Assembly (NCBI GenBank): GCA_963737905.1
Contig: CAVTUQ010000002.1
Location: 416,001-480,000, forward strand
Length of the DNA stretch: 64,000 nt
Direction of reading: 5' to 3'
DNA from: an uncultured delta proteobacterium
Lineage (GTDB): Bacteria > Desulfobacterota > Binatia > UBA9968
Shown: piece by piece, positions 9,247 to 20,394 of the stretch
Numbering within the stretch: the first letter of the stretch is position 1
How the letters are laid out: the number at the start of each line of letters is the position of its first letter
Notes under the pieces: model-generated
What the model saw: the letters and a program-made list of their open reading frames with translations, nothing else
What the model was told of the DNA's origin: nothing
The model's database searches: none
Program-made: the position numbers and the translations under genes

Positions 9247-11559
9247 ATGAATCCGGACATGAATAAAGAGGCGGGGAAATTTGCTCGGGTCGTTATTCCT
9301 ACGCCTCTCAAAGAGCCTCTGATCTACAAAGTCCCAGACTCGATATGGGATCAAATCAGGACCGGCATGAGGGTATTGATTCCTCTCGGTAAGCGGAAGG
9401 TGACTGGCGTTGTGTTGGAACTGTTACGGGAAACTGTTGTGCCGGAAACGAGAGCGATCCTCGCGCTATTGGATGAGCGACCGATCCTTGACACCGTGCT
9501 TCTCCAGCTGAGTCAGTGGGTCGCGCAGTACTATCTCGCCACCCTGGGAGAAGTATTCGGCACCCTCTTGCCGCCAAGCCTGAGACGCGAGATTGAGAGA
9601 ACGATCGCGTTAAAGCCAGGAGTCTTTTCCGTTTGCGACGCCTTGGAAAAACGTATTCTTGATCGGCTTCGTCAAAGTAAAGGAAAGCTCAGTGTCAAAA
9701 GGATGACGCGAGAAATGGCCGGCGGCAACTTTTATGGCGCCCTCGAACGGCTCGAATCAGTGGGCGCCGTTGAGATTCGCGAGCGGCTACCGGGCCACCG
9801 CGCTGAAGCAGAAAAGACGTTCTCCGAATCCGGTGGAACACCGACTTCGGAGACTCAACCTCGGTTCGTCCTCAATTCGGAACAGGAAAGGGCTTTCCGC
9901 AGGGTTGAACATCGCCTGAAGGAAGGCGGTTTTGAAACTTTCCTTCTTCACGGTGTAACGGGGAGCGGCAAGACCGAAGTTTATCTCCGCGCCATGGAGC
10001 AGGCGCGGCGCGGTGGGCGGGGCAGTCTTATACTGATTCCGGAGATCTCGCTGACGCCCCAGCTGATCGATCGTCTCAATGCACGCTTTCCGGGTAGAGT
10101 CGGGATTTTGCACAGTGCTCTCTCCGGAGCGGAGCGCTGGGCACACTGGTGGCGCATCGTTCGCGGTAGGGTTGACGTTGTGGTCGGCGCTCGTTCAGCA
10201 GTTTTTGCGCCGCTCCCGAACCTCGGACTTATCATCGTCGATGAGGAGCATGATCCCTCTTACAAACAGGAGGAGGGACTCCGATACAACGGACGTGACG
10301 TTGCCGTCGTGCGCGGCAAGTTGTCGGCCTGCCCGGTCATTTTAGGATCTGCAACGCCGGCCATTGAAAGCTATCAAAACTCCCGAGACGGACGCTATCG
10401 GCTTTTGGAGATGAAAGAGCGAGTTCAACAGCGACCTCTTCCGTCTATAGAGACCGTCGATCTCAGATCAACGTTCGAAGGGCGGCGCCCGCCAAGCACC
10501 GGCAAAGCTCCATTGGGGACACATTCGTTGCCGGCGGAACCGTCGGGCGAGCAGCCACTGATCTCGGATCGGCTTGCGGCGTTGCTGCGAAAGAATTATC
10601 AAGCTTCGCGGCAGAGCCTGATCTTCCTCAACCGGCGAGGATTTTCGAATTTCCTGCAATGCATTTTTTGTGGTCACGTATTGCGCTGTTCCTATTGCAG
10701 CGTGACCCTCACCCTTCACAGGAAGCACAAAAGCGTCTGCTGTCATCACTGCAATTTCCGCCGGGCCGCCACGGCGCTTTGTCCTGAATGCGGCAATCGG
10801 ACTCTTTCGGGTGTGGGTGTTGGAACCGAGCAGATCGAAGAGGCGCTGCATCGCCTTGTGCCGGAAGCGCGCATCGCCCGCATGGACCGAGACACGACAA
10901 GCAAAAGAGGATCTCACGAAGAATTAATTCGGAGTTGGGAAAAGGGCGAGACCGACATCCTGGTCGGTACCCAAATGATTACCAAAGGACATGATGTCAC
11001 CGGCGTGACACTGGTGGGCGCGCTGCTTGCCGACCTGTCGCTCAACTTACCGGATTTCCGCTCCGGCGAGAGGACCTTTCAGTTATTGAGCCAAGTCGCA
11101 GGAAGATCCGGCAGAGGCGATGAGCCAGGAACCGTCATCATTCAAACGTACGCGCCGGATCACTATGTGATTCAACACTTGATCCGCCATGATTACAAAG
11201 GTTTCTTTGCTGCAGAAATCGACTTCCGGCGCGCGTTAAATTACCCGCCTTTCAACCGGCTCGTATGTCTCAAATTGGAGGGTCCAAAATTCGAGGAGGT
11301 GGAAAAGAAGGCCAGAATGCTTGGCGCGACCTTGCGTGACAAAACAACTAAGAATGCCCAACTTGGAGAGAAAATCGAAATCCTTGGGCCGGCGACCGCG
11401 CCCATCGAAAAGCTGCGCAATCATTATCGCTGGCAACTTCTTCTAAAGGGAAAACAAAGCTCTTCGTTGCTCGATCTTGCCAAACAAGCACGCGAGGTGC
11501 TTCCCCGATCGCGTAGCATTCGCCTCCACATTGATGTCGATCCCTACAACATGTTATGA
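9247..11559 (+). CDS. priA: Primosomal protein N' (replication restart helicase); start could be 9223, 9247 or 9259
   Basis: GVTGSGKT, DEEH, GSATP, four CxxC zinc motifs, QVAGRSGR and DVDP. Confidence 0.97.
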   Translation: MNPDMNKEAGKFARVVIPTPLKEPLIYKVPDSIWDQIRTGMRVLIPLGKRKVTGVVLELLRETVVPETRAILALLDERPILDTVLLQLSQWVAQYYLATLGEVFGTLLPPSLRREIERTIALKPGVFSVCDALEKRILDRLRQSKGKLSVKRMTREMAGGNFYGALERLESVGAVEIRERLPGHRAEAEKTFSESGGTPTSETQPRFVLNSEQERAFRRVEHRLKEGGFETFLLHGVTGSGKTEVYLRAMEQARRGGRGSLILIPEISLTPQLIDRLNARFPGRVGILHSALSGAERWAHWWRIVRGRVDVVVGARSAVFAPLPNLGLIIVDEEHDPSYKQEEGLRYNGRDVAVVRGKLSACPVILGSATPAIESYQNSRDGRYRLLEMKERVQQRPLPSIETVDLRSTFEGRRPPSTGKAPLGTHSLPAEPSGEQPLISDRLAALLRKNYQASRQSLIFLNRRGFSNFLQCIFCGHVLRCSYCSVTLTLHRKHKSVCCHHCNFRRAATALCPECGNRTLSGVGVGTEQIEEALHRLVPEARIARMDRDTTSKRGSHEELIRSWEKGETDILVGTQMITKGHDVTGVTLVGALLADLSLNLPDFRSGERTFQLLSQVAGRSGRGDEPGTVIIQTYAPDHYVIQHLIRHDYKGFFAAEIDFRRALNYPPFNRLVCLKLEGPKFEEVEKKARMLGATLRDKTTKNAQLGEKIEILGPATAPIEKLRNHYRWQLLLKGKQSSSLLDLAKQAREVLPRSRSIRLHIDVDPYNML

Positions 11560-11574
11560 ATTTTTTATTACTGT

Positions 11575-12117
11575 ATGGCTATTTTGGAGATCCTCAAATA
11601 CCCCGACCCGCGGCTGAGCAGCATCGCCCGGCCAGTCGAGAACATCAACAGCGACATCGTGCGCCTGGTCAACGATATGCTTGAAACGATGTATGCGGCG
11701 CCGGGCGTTGGATTAGCAGCGAATCAAGTCGGAGCGCTCCATCGCATTATTGTCTTGGACGTCGATCACGAAAACCCGCAGAAAAACGTTTACAAGCTCA
11801 TCAATCCCGCCATCGCCCGGTCCGAAGGCGAAATTGTCTGGGAAGAAGGGTGCCTAAGCGTCGTGGATTTTACCGCCGAGGTCCGTCGGGCCGCCCAGGT
11901 GGAGGTCATGGCTCTCGACGAAAACGAAAAGGAAATCAGGATTGAAGCAGAGGGTCTTTTGGCTGTCGCCCTGCAGCACGAGATCGATCACTTGGACGGC
12001 AAACTCTTCATTGACCGTATCAGTCGATTGAAACGGGACCTCTATGCCCGCAAACGTAAAAAAATGCTCCGCACCGGCGCGCCTCCGCGAACGGAAAATC
12101 CGCGGGTCATGATCTAG
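11575..12117 (+). CDS. def: Peptide deformylase
   Basis: GVGLAANQ, EGCLS and QHEIDHLDG motifs. Confidence 0.97.
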   Translation: MAILEILKYPDPRLSSIARPVENINSDIVRLVNDMLETMYAAPGVGLAANQVGALHRIIVLDVDHENPQKNVYKLINPAIARSEGEIVWEEGCLSVVDFTAEVRRAAQVEVMALDENEKEIRIEAEGLLAVALQHEIDHLDGKLFIDRISRLKRDLYARKRKKMLRTGAPPRTENPRVMI

Positions 12118-12174
12118 TGGTTGTTCTCGACGCCTGTCGAAGTTAGCCCTGTATAAATCGAGCCATCATTTCTC

Positions 12175-13116
12175 ATGTCGACCCCTTGGCCTATTGTCTT
12201 TATGGGAACTCCGCAGATTGCCGCTGCCACACTGGAGCAGCTGATCCTCGGCCCTGATCCCGTGGTCGGCGTCGTCACCCAGCCCGACCGGCCATCGGGC
12301 AGGGGTCAAAAAAGTATCCCATCGCCGGTGCGAAGAGCGGCTGAAAGTGGCCGCATCCCTGTCGTCGCTCCGGAAAAGATCCGTGACCCCGAGTTTCTGA
12401 AAACTTTAATGAAATGGAAGCCCGAGATCATCGTGGTTGTAGCCTATGGACGTATCCTGCCCAAAACGATTCTCGACCTTGCGCCATACGGATGCCTCAA
12501 CGTGCATTATTCGCTTTTGCCGAAGTACCGAGGGGCAGCACCGTCGGCCTGGACAATTATCAATGGAGAGTCGACAGCCGGGGTCACGACCATGAAGCTG
12601 GTCGAGAAAATGGATGCCGGACCGATTTACCTGCAGGACGCTACCGCAGTCGCTCCCGACGAGACGACGGGCTCACTGCAGGCCAAGCTGACGCCCATCG
12701 GCGCTCGTTTACTCCTAGAAACACTGCAGAGACTCAAAGCAGGTTCGTTGATACCGCTGGAGCAAGACGGGACCGGTGTTACGTTTGCTCCGCTCTTGAA
12801 GAAAGAAGATGGTCTCATCGACTGGGCACAGCCCGCAACGATGATCGAACGACGGGTGCGAGGCTTTCACCCTTGGCCCGGCGCCTTCAGTCACATCGGT
12901 GGCAAATTATTAAAAATTCACCGAGCGAAAGTCGTCGCAGCCGACACAACAGGGACTCCAGGCGAAGTCTTGAAAGCCGACACAGAGGGTCTCTGGATCG
13001 CCACCAGCTCCGGCGTTCTTGAACTGGAGGAAGTTCAGCTGGAAAACAGAAAAAGACTTTCTGGTGTCGAATTTTTAAGAGGGGCAAGGATTAAACCCGG
13101 TGATCGCTTCGAATGA
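12175..13116 (+). CDS. fmt: Methionyl-tRNA formyltransferase
   Basis: FMGTP, VTQPDRP.GRG, NVHYSLLPKYRGAAP and MDAG motifs. Confidence 0.97.
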   Translation: MSTPWPIVFMGTPQIAAATLEQLILGPDPVVGVVTQPDRPSGRGQKSIPSPVRRAAESGRIPVVAPEKIRDPEFLKTLMKWKPEIIVVVAYGRILPKTILDLAPYGCLNVHYSLLPKYRGAAPSAWTIINGESTAGVTTMKLVEKMDAGPIYLQDATAVAPDETTGSLQAKLTPIGARLLLETLQRLKAGSLIPLEQDGTGVTFAPLLKKEDGLIDWAQPATMIERRVRGFHPWPGAFSHIGGKLLKIHRAKVVAADTTGTPGEVLKADTEGLWIATSSGVLELEEVQLENRKRLSGVEFLRGARIKPGDRFE

Positions 13117-14471
13117 GAAAAGAAGCAAAGCCGTTCGCCAGTTTGCAACCGAGATCCTGCTTAAAGTCGATACGAGAAGAGCCTACGCCGACGTCCTTCT
13201 CGATCACAGCCTCGAAGATCCGGCACTTTCCGAACGCGACCGCGCTCTTCTCACAGAGCTGGTTTACGGGACCCTTCGCTGGCGCGGCAAAATCGACGCG
13301 CGCCTGAATCTCTATTTCCGCCGCTCGCAGAATGCCACCGATCCGTTCGTCAGAAACCTTCTTCGCCTTGCCTTTTACCAGCTGCTCTTTCTCGACAAGA
13401 TCCCCGACTACGCGGCCGTCAATGAAGCCGTACAAATGGCCAAAGCCCATCGCGGGGACAAAGTAGCCGGCTTCGTCAACGCCGTTCTCCGTAGCTTCCT
13501 TAGAGAGAAGAACCGAACCCTCGAGCCTCGCCCCACCAACGACTGGCAAGCGGCGCTCGCCATTGAGCACTCTCATCCCCAGTGGATGATTGAACAATGG
13601 CTTGACTATTTCGGCACTCAGGAGACGGAAGCGTTGATGAAAGCCAATAACGAAGCGGCCCCGCTGGTGCTGCGGGTAAATTCTTGCAGGAGCAGCAGAG
13701 AGGCATTGCTCGCTTTGCTGTCAAAGAGTGGCATTTCAGCTGTCGCCACTCGATGGTCGCCGGTGGGAATATGGGTAACGTCGCGCTGCCGGGTGGATCA
13801 ACTCCCGGGTTTCCAGGAAGGTTTATTTCAGGTCCAAGCAGAGGCTTCACAGCTCGTGAGCTATCTTCTTTCCCCCCAAAGGGGCGAACGGATCCTCGAC
13901 GCTTGCGCCGCGCCCGGCGGCAAAACGACCCACATCGCGGAGCTTATGGCGGATACCGGTGAGGTGATCGCGTTGGATAAGTCAGAAAAAGGGATAGAAA
14001 AAATTCGAGAAAACGCGGCCCGGTTGGGGTTGGCATCACTTTGTGCCGGTAAAACCGACGTCAGCCATCCGCTACCCGCTGAATTCCGCAGTCCCTACGA
14101 CCGCATTCTTGTTGACGCGCCCTGCAGCGGTCTCGGTACTCTGAGATCCCACCCCGAAATTAAATGGCATCGAAATGAAACCGACATCAAAAGATTGGGC
14201 CGCTTGCAAAAGACCATTGTCGATCAAGTCATCCACTACCTGAAGCCTGGAGGTGTTTTAGTCTATTCCACCTGCACGCTCACGAAGGATGAGAATGAGA
14301 ACGTTGTCGAAGATTTCCTAGAACACCACAAGGAATTTGTCTTGGACGACGCCGCGGACTTATCTTCCTCAAGAAGCTGGTTCTTTGGTGCGGGGCAGTT
14401 ATTACATGGCCCTACCTCACCGGCATAATACCGACGGTTTTTTCGCCTCGCGCATGAGAAAGATTGGCTAG
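13100..14471 (+). CDS. rsmB: 16S rRNA m5C967 methyltransferase RsmB/Sun; one-base frameshift near 14360
   Basis: NusB-like N-terminus, DACAAPGGKT, DAPCSG and YSTCT; the canonical tail YLPQEAGSLVRGSYYMALPHRHNTDGFFASRMRKIG* continues in another frame to TAG at 14471. Confidence 0.93.
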
Positions 14472-14483
14472 ATGAACGCGTTC

Positions 14484-14504
14484 GATCTTCTATCCTCGAT
14501 CCTC
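14484..14504. repeat. Heptamer tandem repeat (GATCTTC TATCCTC GATCCTC)
   Basis: Same 7-mer unit as the element at 33331-33388. Confidence 0.5.
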
Positions 14505-14565
14505 GTTTTTTCGCCCGGCCACGAGCAACTTGTTTTCTCTTCTCGGTATGCTAGGTTGAGCGGGT

Positions 14566-14642
14566 CGGGGCGTGGCTCAGCTTGGTAGAGCGCACGGTTC
14601 GGGACCGTGAAGTCGGTGGTTCAAATCCACTCGCCCCGACCA
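14566..14642 (+). tRNA. tRNA-Pro (anticodon CGG)
   Basis: CGGGGCG/CGCCCCG acceptor stem, D-loop TGG, anticodon arm CACGG-TTCGGGA-CCGTG, GTTCAAATC T-loop, encoded CCA; 77 nt. Confidence 0.97.
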
Positions 14643-14663
14643 AACTTCCTCTCCTCGCACGGA

Positions 14664-17600
14664 TCAGCCGGCTAACTTGACAGCTAAATCTTCGGTTAGG
14701 TTTGGACGAGTCGTTTCAGAAACGTCGAGGGGAAGGGTAACCGTAAAGGTCGAGCCTTTGCCAAGAGTGCTCTCCACTTCGATTTTTCCGTCGATAAGGT
14801 CGACAAATTTCTTAACGATATAGAGCCCGACTCCGGACCCCCCATAGGATCGGGTACTGGAACTATCGAGTTGTCGAAACATCTGGAAAATTGACGGAAT
14901 CAAGTCCTTCGGGATCCCAATTCCCGTGTCTTTTACTTTGAACTCAATGGCCGTTAAAGAATGATTGGTTGAAACCGTCACACTTCCATTCTCAGTAAAT
15001 TTGATGGCATTGTTGATGAGATTCTGGAGAACATGTTTGAGTTTTTCACCGTCCGTCCTGACGATTGGAAGCCTGGAGGGAATATTCCAGTTCAACGAAA
15101 TCTCTTTTTTCGACAAGATCTCGTAGCCTGATTTAACTTCAACCAGAAAATCCAACATGTTTACGTTTTCGCAATGGGCCTTAACCTTGCCGGCCTCGAT
15201 GCTTCCCACTTGAAGAATTTCGTTGATCATCCTGAGCAACTCTCTGGATTGATAGCTAATCGTCTTCACTGCGTGCATCTGCTCCCGTTGGATTTCGCCA
15301 AGTACACCCTGGCTTAGAACTTCAGCATAACCCGTGATCACATTTAGAGGCGTTCTCAGCTCATGGGACATGACGCTGAGAAACTCATCTTTGGCTTGGT
15401 TCGCTTCTTGCAACTCACGGTTCATCTGCCCTAGCTCTGTTGTTTTTTGGTTTACTTGCTCAAAGAGACTCGCATTTTCCGCGGCGACACCGATTTCCTG
15501 GGCTATAGACTCGATCAGCTTCAATTCATCAGCAGCAAAATGACGCCTTGTTTTGTTGGCAAGGTGTAAGACGCCAATGACTTTCTCGTTGGCCTTGATC
15601 GGGAATCCTGCTGCGCTGGCAAATCCGAGAGAGCCTATTTTATGTTGAGCACTGAGGTGATTGTAAGTTGCATCATTCTGAAAATCCTCAAAGACCAATC
15701 GCTCGCCCGTCTCGAAAATCTTGGCGGTGACTCCTGCTGAAAGACTCCTTTTAGAAATGGACCGTGCGATGTCTTCGCCAAGGCCCTTGAACGCCTTGAG
15801 AATGAGTTCCTCTCCAGAAGGATCTAGAATGTAGATCCAGGATGCGTCAAAATTGAGGTTTTCGATCATTTTTCCGATGGCTTCGTTCAGCACCATTTCA
15901 AGATTCAAGGACCGGCTAACCGCCGCACCAATGGTATTAAGCACGGAGAGCTGTCGAGATCTCGTCTCCGATTGGCGGAACAAGCTTGCCTTTTCCACGG
16001 CCACGGCGAGATGTTCGGACATTGAAGTCAACAAGCGCGTTTCATCGCCCGTCAGTTTTCGTGGAGAACGCGCGCTAAAAAGTATGACACCGAAGACGCG
16101 AGCTTGGGTCTTTATCGGAAAGACCCCGAAAAAGCCCAGCCTGGCGTTGAGCGTAGCTCTGGTCGCGCTCAACGCGGTGTACCGTGGGTCCGTGCGGACG
16201 TCTTCAAAGATCATGGGCTCGCCGGACTCGGCAACTCGGCCGATAACGCCCTGCCCGCGCTTCAATACACCGATCCCCGTCAGATGTTCGCTATCTACTT
16301 CATAGGACGCCCGTAACTGCAATTCCTCCATCTCGTCGTCGAATAAGAAAACCCGCGTGCTCTCAAAGTCAAATATCTCCGTGGTCTTTGCGATAACAGC
16401 GTCCAAAATGGCCTCTAGAGCCAAGGATTGGTTCACGGCAGTCGTGACTCCGTAGAGCGCCGATATTTCCTTGGTTCTCTGTTCCACCTTCTGCTCTAAA
16501 GTCGCATAAGAGTTTTGCAGAGCGTCTGTCATTTTATTAAATTCGTCTGCTAAGTTCTCAATTTCATCGCCGGTTTTGATACTGGTCCGGTGGTCCAGGT
16601 TGCCGGCGCCAATCGTCGCAGCACCCTGCCGAAGTTCCTGTATAGGCTTGGTGATCTTTGCGCTTACCCAGGCAATAATAACTGCTCCGATGGCCAAGCC
16701 TACTACCAGGAGCACCGCAGCATAGCGCTTCAATATTTCGACATTAGCCAGCGCTGCATCGATCGGCTCTTCCAGGATAACCGCCCAACCCAACTCTGGC
16801 ACGGGTGCGTACGTGGCCAAAACGGGCTTATCCAGCAGTCCTCGGCCTTCCTGAGCCGGAGTACGGTCGGAACGAGACGGGTTGCGCAAGAATTTTTGCA
16901 CGCCGGCGACTTTCCGGAGGTCGGGCCTTTTCAATACCAGCGTGGCATCGCCATGGGCGATGAGATTTCCATGCTCGTCCACCAAGTAAGCGTACCCCGC
17001 AGTCGCAAACCGGATCTTTCCAATCACTTCCCAGAGAAACGAGAGATCGGCTTCGGCCGAAACCACACCGACGATAGTCTGCGCGTGGCCCCAAAGGGGA
17101 ATCGCCAGCGTGACGTACGGCTGGGCCCGGGCCGAAGTGTAGACCGGGCTTATATAGTCCTCGCCCTTGAGCACTTTGATAAATTTAGGCGATTTACTCT
17201 GATTGGTTAGATCGGAGGGAAAATAAACTTTTCTGTCGGATACCTTCACGACCTCCATACCCCCCGAGTTGATAATGGAAGCGTCGCTGAAACTGCTGTC
17301 GTTTTTGACTAGGAGGCCCAGGAGTAACTGTTGCTCTTTGCTCCCCAATGGATAAAGACTTAAGGCGTTGGCGTTATCCGAAAACCGCTCGATCTTGCGT
17401 CTAACAAAGCTGCGAATGCCCTCGGCGGTGACCGAGGCCAGCTCCGACTGCAACGCCGCGGCGTCTCGCCGGATCTGTCTTACCGTATAAGAATAACCGG
17501 CGACAACAACAGTCGTTAGAGCAATCCCAAAAAGGCTAAGGCCCCACGCCATGAGGCGGCGGCGGATACCGCCGCCACGAAGAGAAACTAGTACTTTTTT

Positions 17601-17681
17601 CCCAAAATCCCGCATGAACAGAGCACATCGGACAACTTCGTGCGCCATCGGTATTATTTCCGTGGGAATGATTAAGCCCAT
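14664..17681 (-). CDS. Membrane sensor histidine kinase (Cache, HAMP, 2xGAF, HisKA, HATPase); start uncertain
   Basis: Two TM helices around a Cache-like domain (GYAYLVD), HAMP (DEI..LA..FN.M), two GAF repeats, SHELRTPL H-box, NLINNAIKFT, DTGIG and GSGVGL. Confidence 0.92.
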   Translation of the reverse strand: MGLIIPTEIIPMAHEVVRCALFMRDFGKKVLVSLRGGGIRRRLMAWGLSLFGIALTTVVVAGYSYTVRQIRRDAAALQSELASVTAEGIRSFVRRKIERFSDNANALSLYPLGSKEQQLLLGLLVKNDSSFSDASIINSGGMEVVKVSDRKVYFPSDLTNQSKSPKFIKVLKGEDYISPVYTSARAQPYVTLAIPLWGHAQTIVGVVSAEADLSFLWEVIGKIRFATAGYAYLVDEHGNLIAHGDATLVLKRPDLRKVAGVQKFLRNPSRSDRTPAQEGRGLLDKPVLATYAPVPELGWAVILEEPIDAALANVEILKRYAAVLLVVGLAIGAVIIAWVSAKITKPIQELRQGAATIGAGNLDHRTSIKTGDEIENLADEFNKMTDALQNSYATLEQKVEQRTKEISALYGVTTAVNQSLALEAILDAVIAKTTEIFDFESTRVFLFDDEMEELQLRASYEVDSEHLTGIGVLKRGQGVIGRVAESGEPMIFEDVRTDPRYTALSATRATLNARLGFFGVFPIKTQARVFGVILFSARSPRKLTGDETRLLTSMSEHLAVAVEKASLFRQSETRSRQLSVLNTIGAAVSRSLNLEMVLNEAIGKMIENLNFDASWIYILDPSGEELILKAFKGLGEDIARSISKRSLSAGVTAKIFETGERLVFEDFQNDATYNHLSAQHKIGSLGFASAAGFPIKANEKVIGVLHLANKTRRHFAADELKLIESIAQEIGVAAENASLFEQVNQKTTELGQMNRELQEANQAKDEFLSVMSHELRTPLNVITGYAEVLSQGVLGEIQREQMHAVKTISYQSRELLRMINEILQVGSIEAGKVKAHCENVNMLDFLVEVKSGYEILSKKEISLNWNIPSRLPIVRTDGEKLKHVLQNLINNAIKFTENGSVTVSTNHSLTAIEFKVKDTGIGIPKDLIPSIFQMFRQLDSSSTRSYGGSGVGLYIVKKFVDLIDGKIEVESTLGKGSTFTVTLPLDVSETTRPNLTEDLAVKLAG

Positions 17682-18217
17682 GGGCGTTTTACCGGCTTGG
17701 AGGCGGAGCGGCTTCGGCTTACTTCCCTCATTAATTCGGATTCACTTCTTTCAACTTTATCTTATTCCTAACCGCTAACACGCTCCGAGCTATCGAAATA
17801 GCGAATAGCCCAATCCTTGGGTAAAACTATAATTCTTTCAACATAGAGCCCTTCTTCGGTATGAATGATACCACCGCAGGAACCCACTTACCGCAGGAAT
17901 GATGCCACGCTATTCAGGGGGATTTAGGCCCGTCAACTAGCCTTTTTTCCAAAGGATTATCTGTTACGAGTAGGAAGGCCCCGGGCACTGCTGATGCCAA
18001 AAGTGTTAATTAATACCCAAAAAGAACAGATTTGTCGCTCGCAGGGACGGCCGGGTGTCGAGAGATCACCGTTATTGTTGGCAGTTCCTCAAAGCGTAAA
18101 CCAGTTAATTACGACTTTGGCTTAATACAAAGCTGAAACAGAGTGTTGGAGGTTTAAATGTAACATTCATCAATCAGCCACGCTAAAGGCGTCAAAAGAT
18201 GGCGGCAGTGATAAGAA

Positions 18218-19225
18218 CTAGTCCTTAATCACCTTATCCGCTTGAACCAGCACAGTGCTGCGGTATCACAAGGCCAAGTTGCTTGCGCCGTCTTAAGGTT
18301 GATGAAAATCTCGAATTTTGCAGCGCAGCTTCACTGGCAGATCACCAGGTTTAGCTCCCTTCAGGATCTCAGCAACGTACTCGGCGGCTCGCCTGTATAG
18401 ATCGGCTAAGTTCGCTCCGTAGGATATCAGCGCGCCAGCCGTTCACATATTGATCCTCTTCGGTCATCGACGGTAAGCGCTGTTTCGTCGCAAGGTCGAA
18501 AATTGTTTTGCATGTGCTGGGACATACTAGGGCTTCGCCAACGACAATGAGTGCTTCCGTGACGGGCCGATTTTCGCCGCCTTGAAATGCTGCCGCGAAA
18601 TCTGGGTTAGTGCCCCGTACTTCAAGAGATCGAAGATCAAGTTTAAAAGCCTGCGCCGCCGCCGTCGTATTCTTTAAACGCGACCTCTGGTCCTGGACCA
18701 TCCGCGTCCCAGAGAATACCGACTCGCGTCATTTTGGGCAGTAGCTCTCTTAGTAGCTCTACGCGTTTCGCGCTTATATCGCGAAGCGAGCCAGGCAAGC
18801 CCGGTTATATTCCCGCCGGGATGTGCGAAGCTTTCCACATATCCGGCTGCGACAGGATCGACCGAGCTTATCATTACAATGGGGATCGTTTTTGTCGCTT
18901 CTTTTGCAGCTCGGATTACGACATTACTAGTTCCGAGAATAACATCGACTTTCTGCTGAACGAACTCTTGCACAAACGGAGACATTCGATCCAACCTGCC
19001 CTCTGCATAGCGACGTTCGATCAGGATATTTTTTCCATCCACGTAACCGAGATCTCGCAATCCTTGCCGGAAGCCCTCCAACAATGGCGAAGGAGTTTCA
19101 GCGGTTCCCGAAGACAATATGAGCCCTACCCTAGGTATGGCGTTAATTGTTTGCTGAGCCTCGGCTAAACAAAAAAACGAAAGAATAAAAGTATTTACAA
19201 TCGCAACGGCGACTTTTTCTTTCAT
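18218..19225 (-). pseudogene. ABC-type substrate-binding protein (ABC_sub_bind/Trp-Tyr-like family), broken by several frameshifts
   Basis: FRQGLRDLGYVDGKNI, TKTIPIV, DPVAAG.V.S.AHPGGNITG, then [23 protein letters not shown] and ADKVIKD* in shifting frames. Confidence 0.85.
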
Positions 19226-19627
19226 AGCCTTATTCCTCCGTAACATCGAAGTGAGCCGGTTGAGGTTAGATCACTGGATGTCACCTGATATTTCTAAAAG
19301 TGCAAAAAGGGAGCTAAGTATAACATGCTGCCGGAGATTGGTGGTAGCGGCTTTTTGGACCCGCCCCGGCTGATAGAACCGTTTTGTCGTTCTTTGCTGT
19401 TTTAATAATAAGCTAGGCGAAGGAAGAAAAAACTTGAACGCTAGCAGGTTTATCGAGCCAACAAATTGAGGATGTTATAGCGCCAATCATTCAGCACGGG
19501 ACTGTGGCACGTCCGACTGTGAAGCCAATTTGTGCGTTAGAATAGGACAAAGCGATGCGATACCCGGAACTTAAATAATTACACCCCCGTTGGGGGTTCT
19601 TCAATGAAGGCCTTTGGCCCTTGACTC

Positions 19628-20335
19628 TTAATGAAAAGCTTGCTCAAAGACGTAGCCGAATCTCTCAATCAACTGGCGGTCGCGAACTGAAACTAGCTCT
19701 GAGAGTTCCGGCGTATAATAGGTCGAGTAGTGAAGGTGTTCAGCGGCGTTCACCTTATCCGAACGGAGCACGTAATCCCGCAATTCACCGGTCGCTACTC
19801 CGATTCCCTCGAAGAAGGCGACCATATCCCGCCTCAGAGTTTCAAGTCGGCAGAAAAACACGTCGTCCGCGTTTCCGAACATCTGATTGAAGCGGAGGGT
19901 ATAGTAGCCGACTCCGGTGCCGCGAAATCTACGCATTGCGCTCTCTGGTAAGGTTGGAACGTTTCTCTTGCTGTAGTCAAGACGCTCGGGCAGCATCTCG
20001 ATCAAAACATCGAGTCGCTCGTCGTTGACACCGAGATTCAGGAGGTTGCGAGTGCTCCCTTTAAATCCGAGCTTTCCGTTATCGCTCATCCAGGAGACCA
20101 ATACGCTTGAGGCATCTTTCGGCCACACGTAATGATACAATGAAACGTAGAATTCCCAAGGGTTCCGAACTGTACCAAGAACAGGGAGGTGGGAGTACTC
20201 TCTGGGCAGGAACTCCAGCGACAAATGATGGCCGATTTCGTGAGCTGATGGAAAGAATTTCCTGATAACCTCGGTAACAAATGTGCCGCCTGACCGTGGC
20301 AGATGCACAAATACGAACTTATCGGTAACTATCAT
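19628..20335 (-). CDS. PAPS-dependent sulfotransferase-family protein
   Basis: 5'-PSB-like FVHLPRSGGT, 3'-PB-like VRNPWEFYVSLYHY, C-terminal HYSTYY...D..LIERFGYVF typical of Sulfotransfer_2-like proteins. Confidence 0.8.
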   Translation of the reverse strand: MIVTDKFVFVHLPRSGGTFVTEVIRKFFPSAHEIGHHLSLEFLPREYSHLPVLGTVRNPWEFYVSLYHYVWPKDASSVLVSWMSDNGKLGFKGSTRNLLNLGVNDERLDVLIEMLPERLDYSKRNVPTLPESAMRRFRGTGVGYYTLRFNQMFGNADDVFFCRLETLRRDMVAFFEGIGVATGELRDYVLRSDKVNAAEHLHYSTYYTPELSELVSVRDRQLIERFGYVFEQAFH

Positions 20336-20394
20336 CGCCAGTCCCTTTTTTTTGATCTAGAGACATTGCGGTTGTTTCAACTTGTCGAGATCGC

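Noticed and set aside
17863-17907. Short repeats (ACCGCAGGAA x2, GAATGATnCCAC x2) as a riboswitch or CRISPR remnant
   Set aside because: Only two short copies, no regular spacers, and no recognisable riboswitch consensus.
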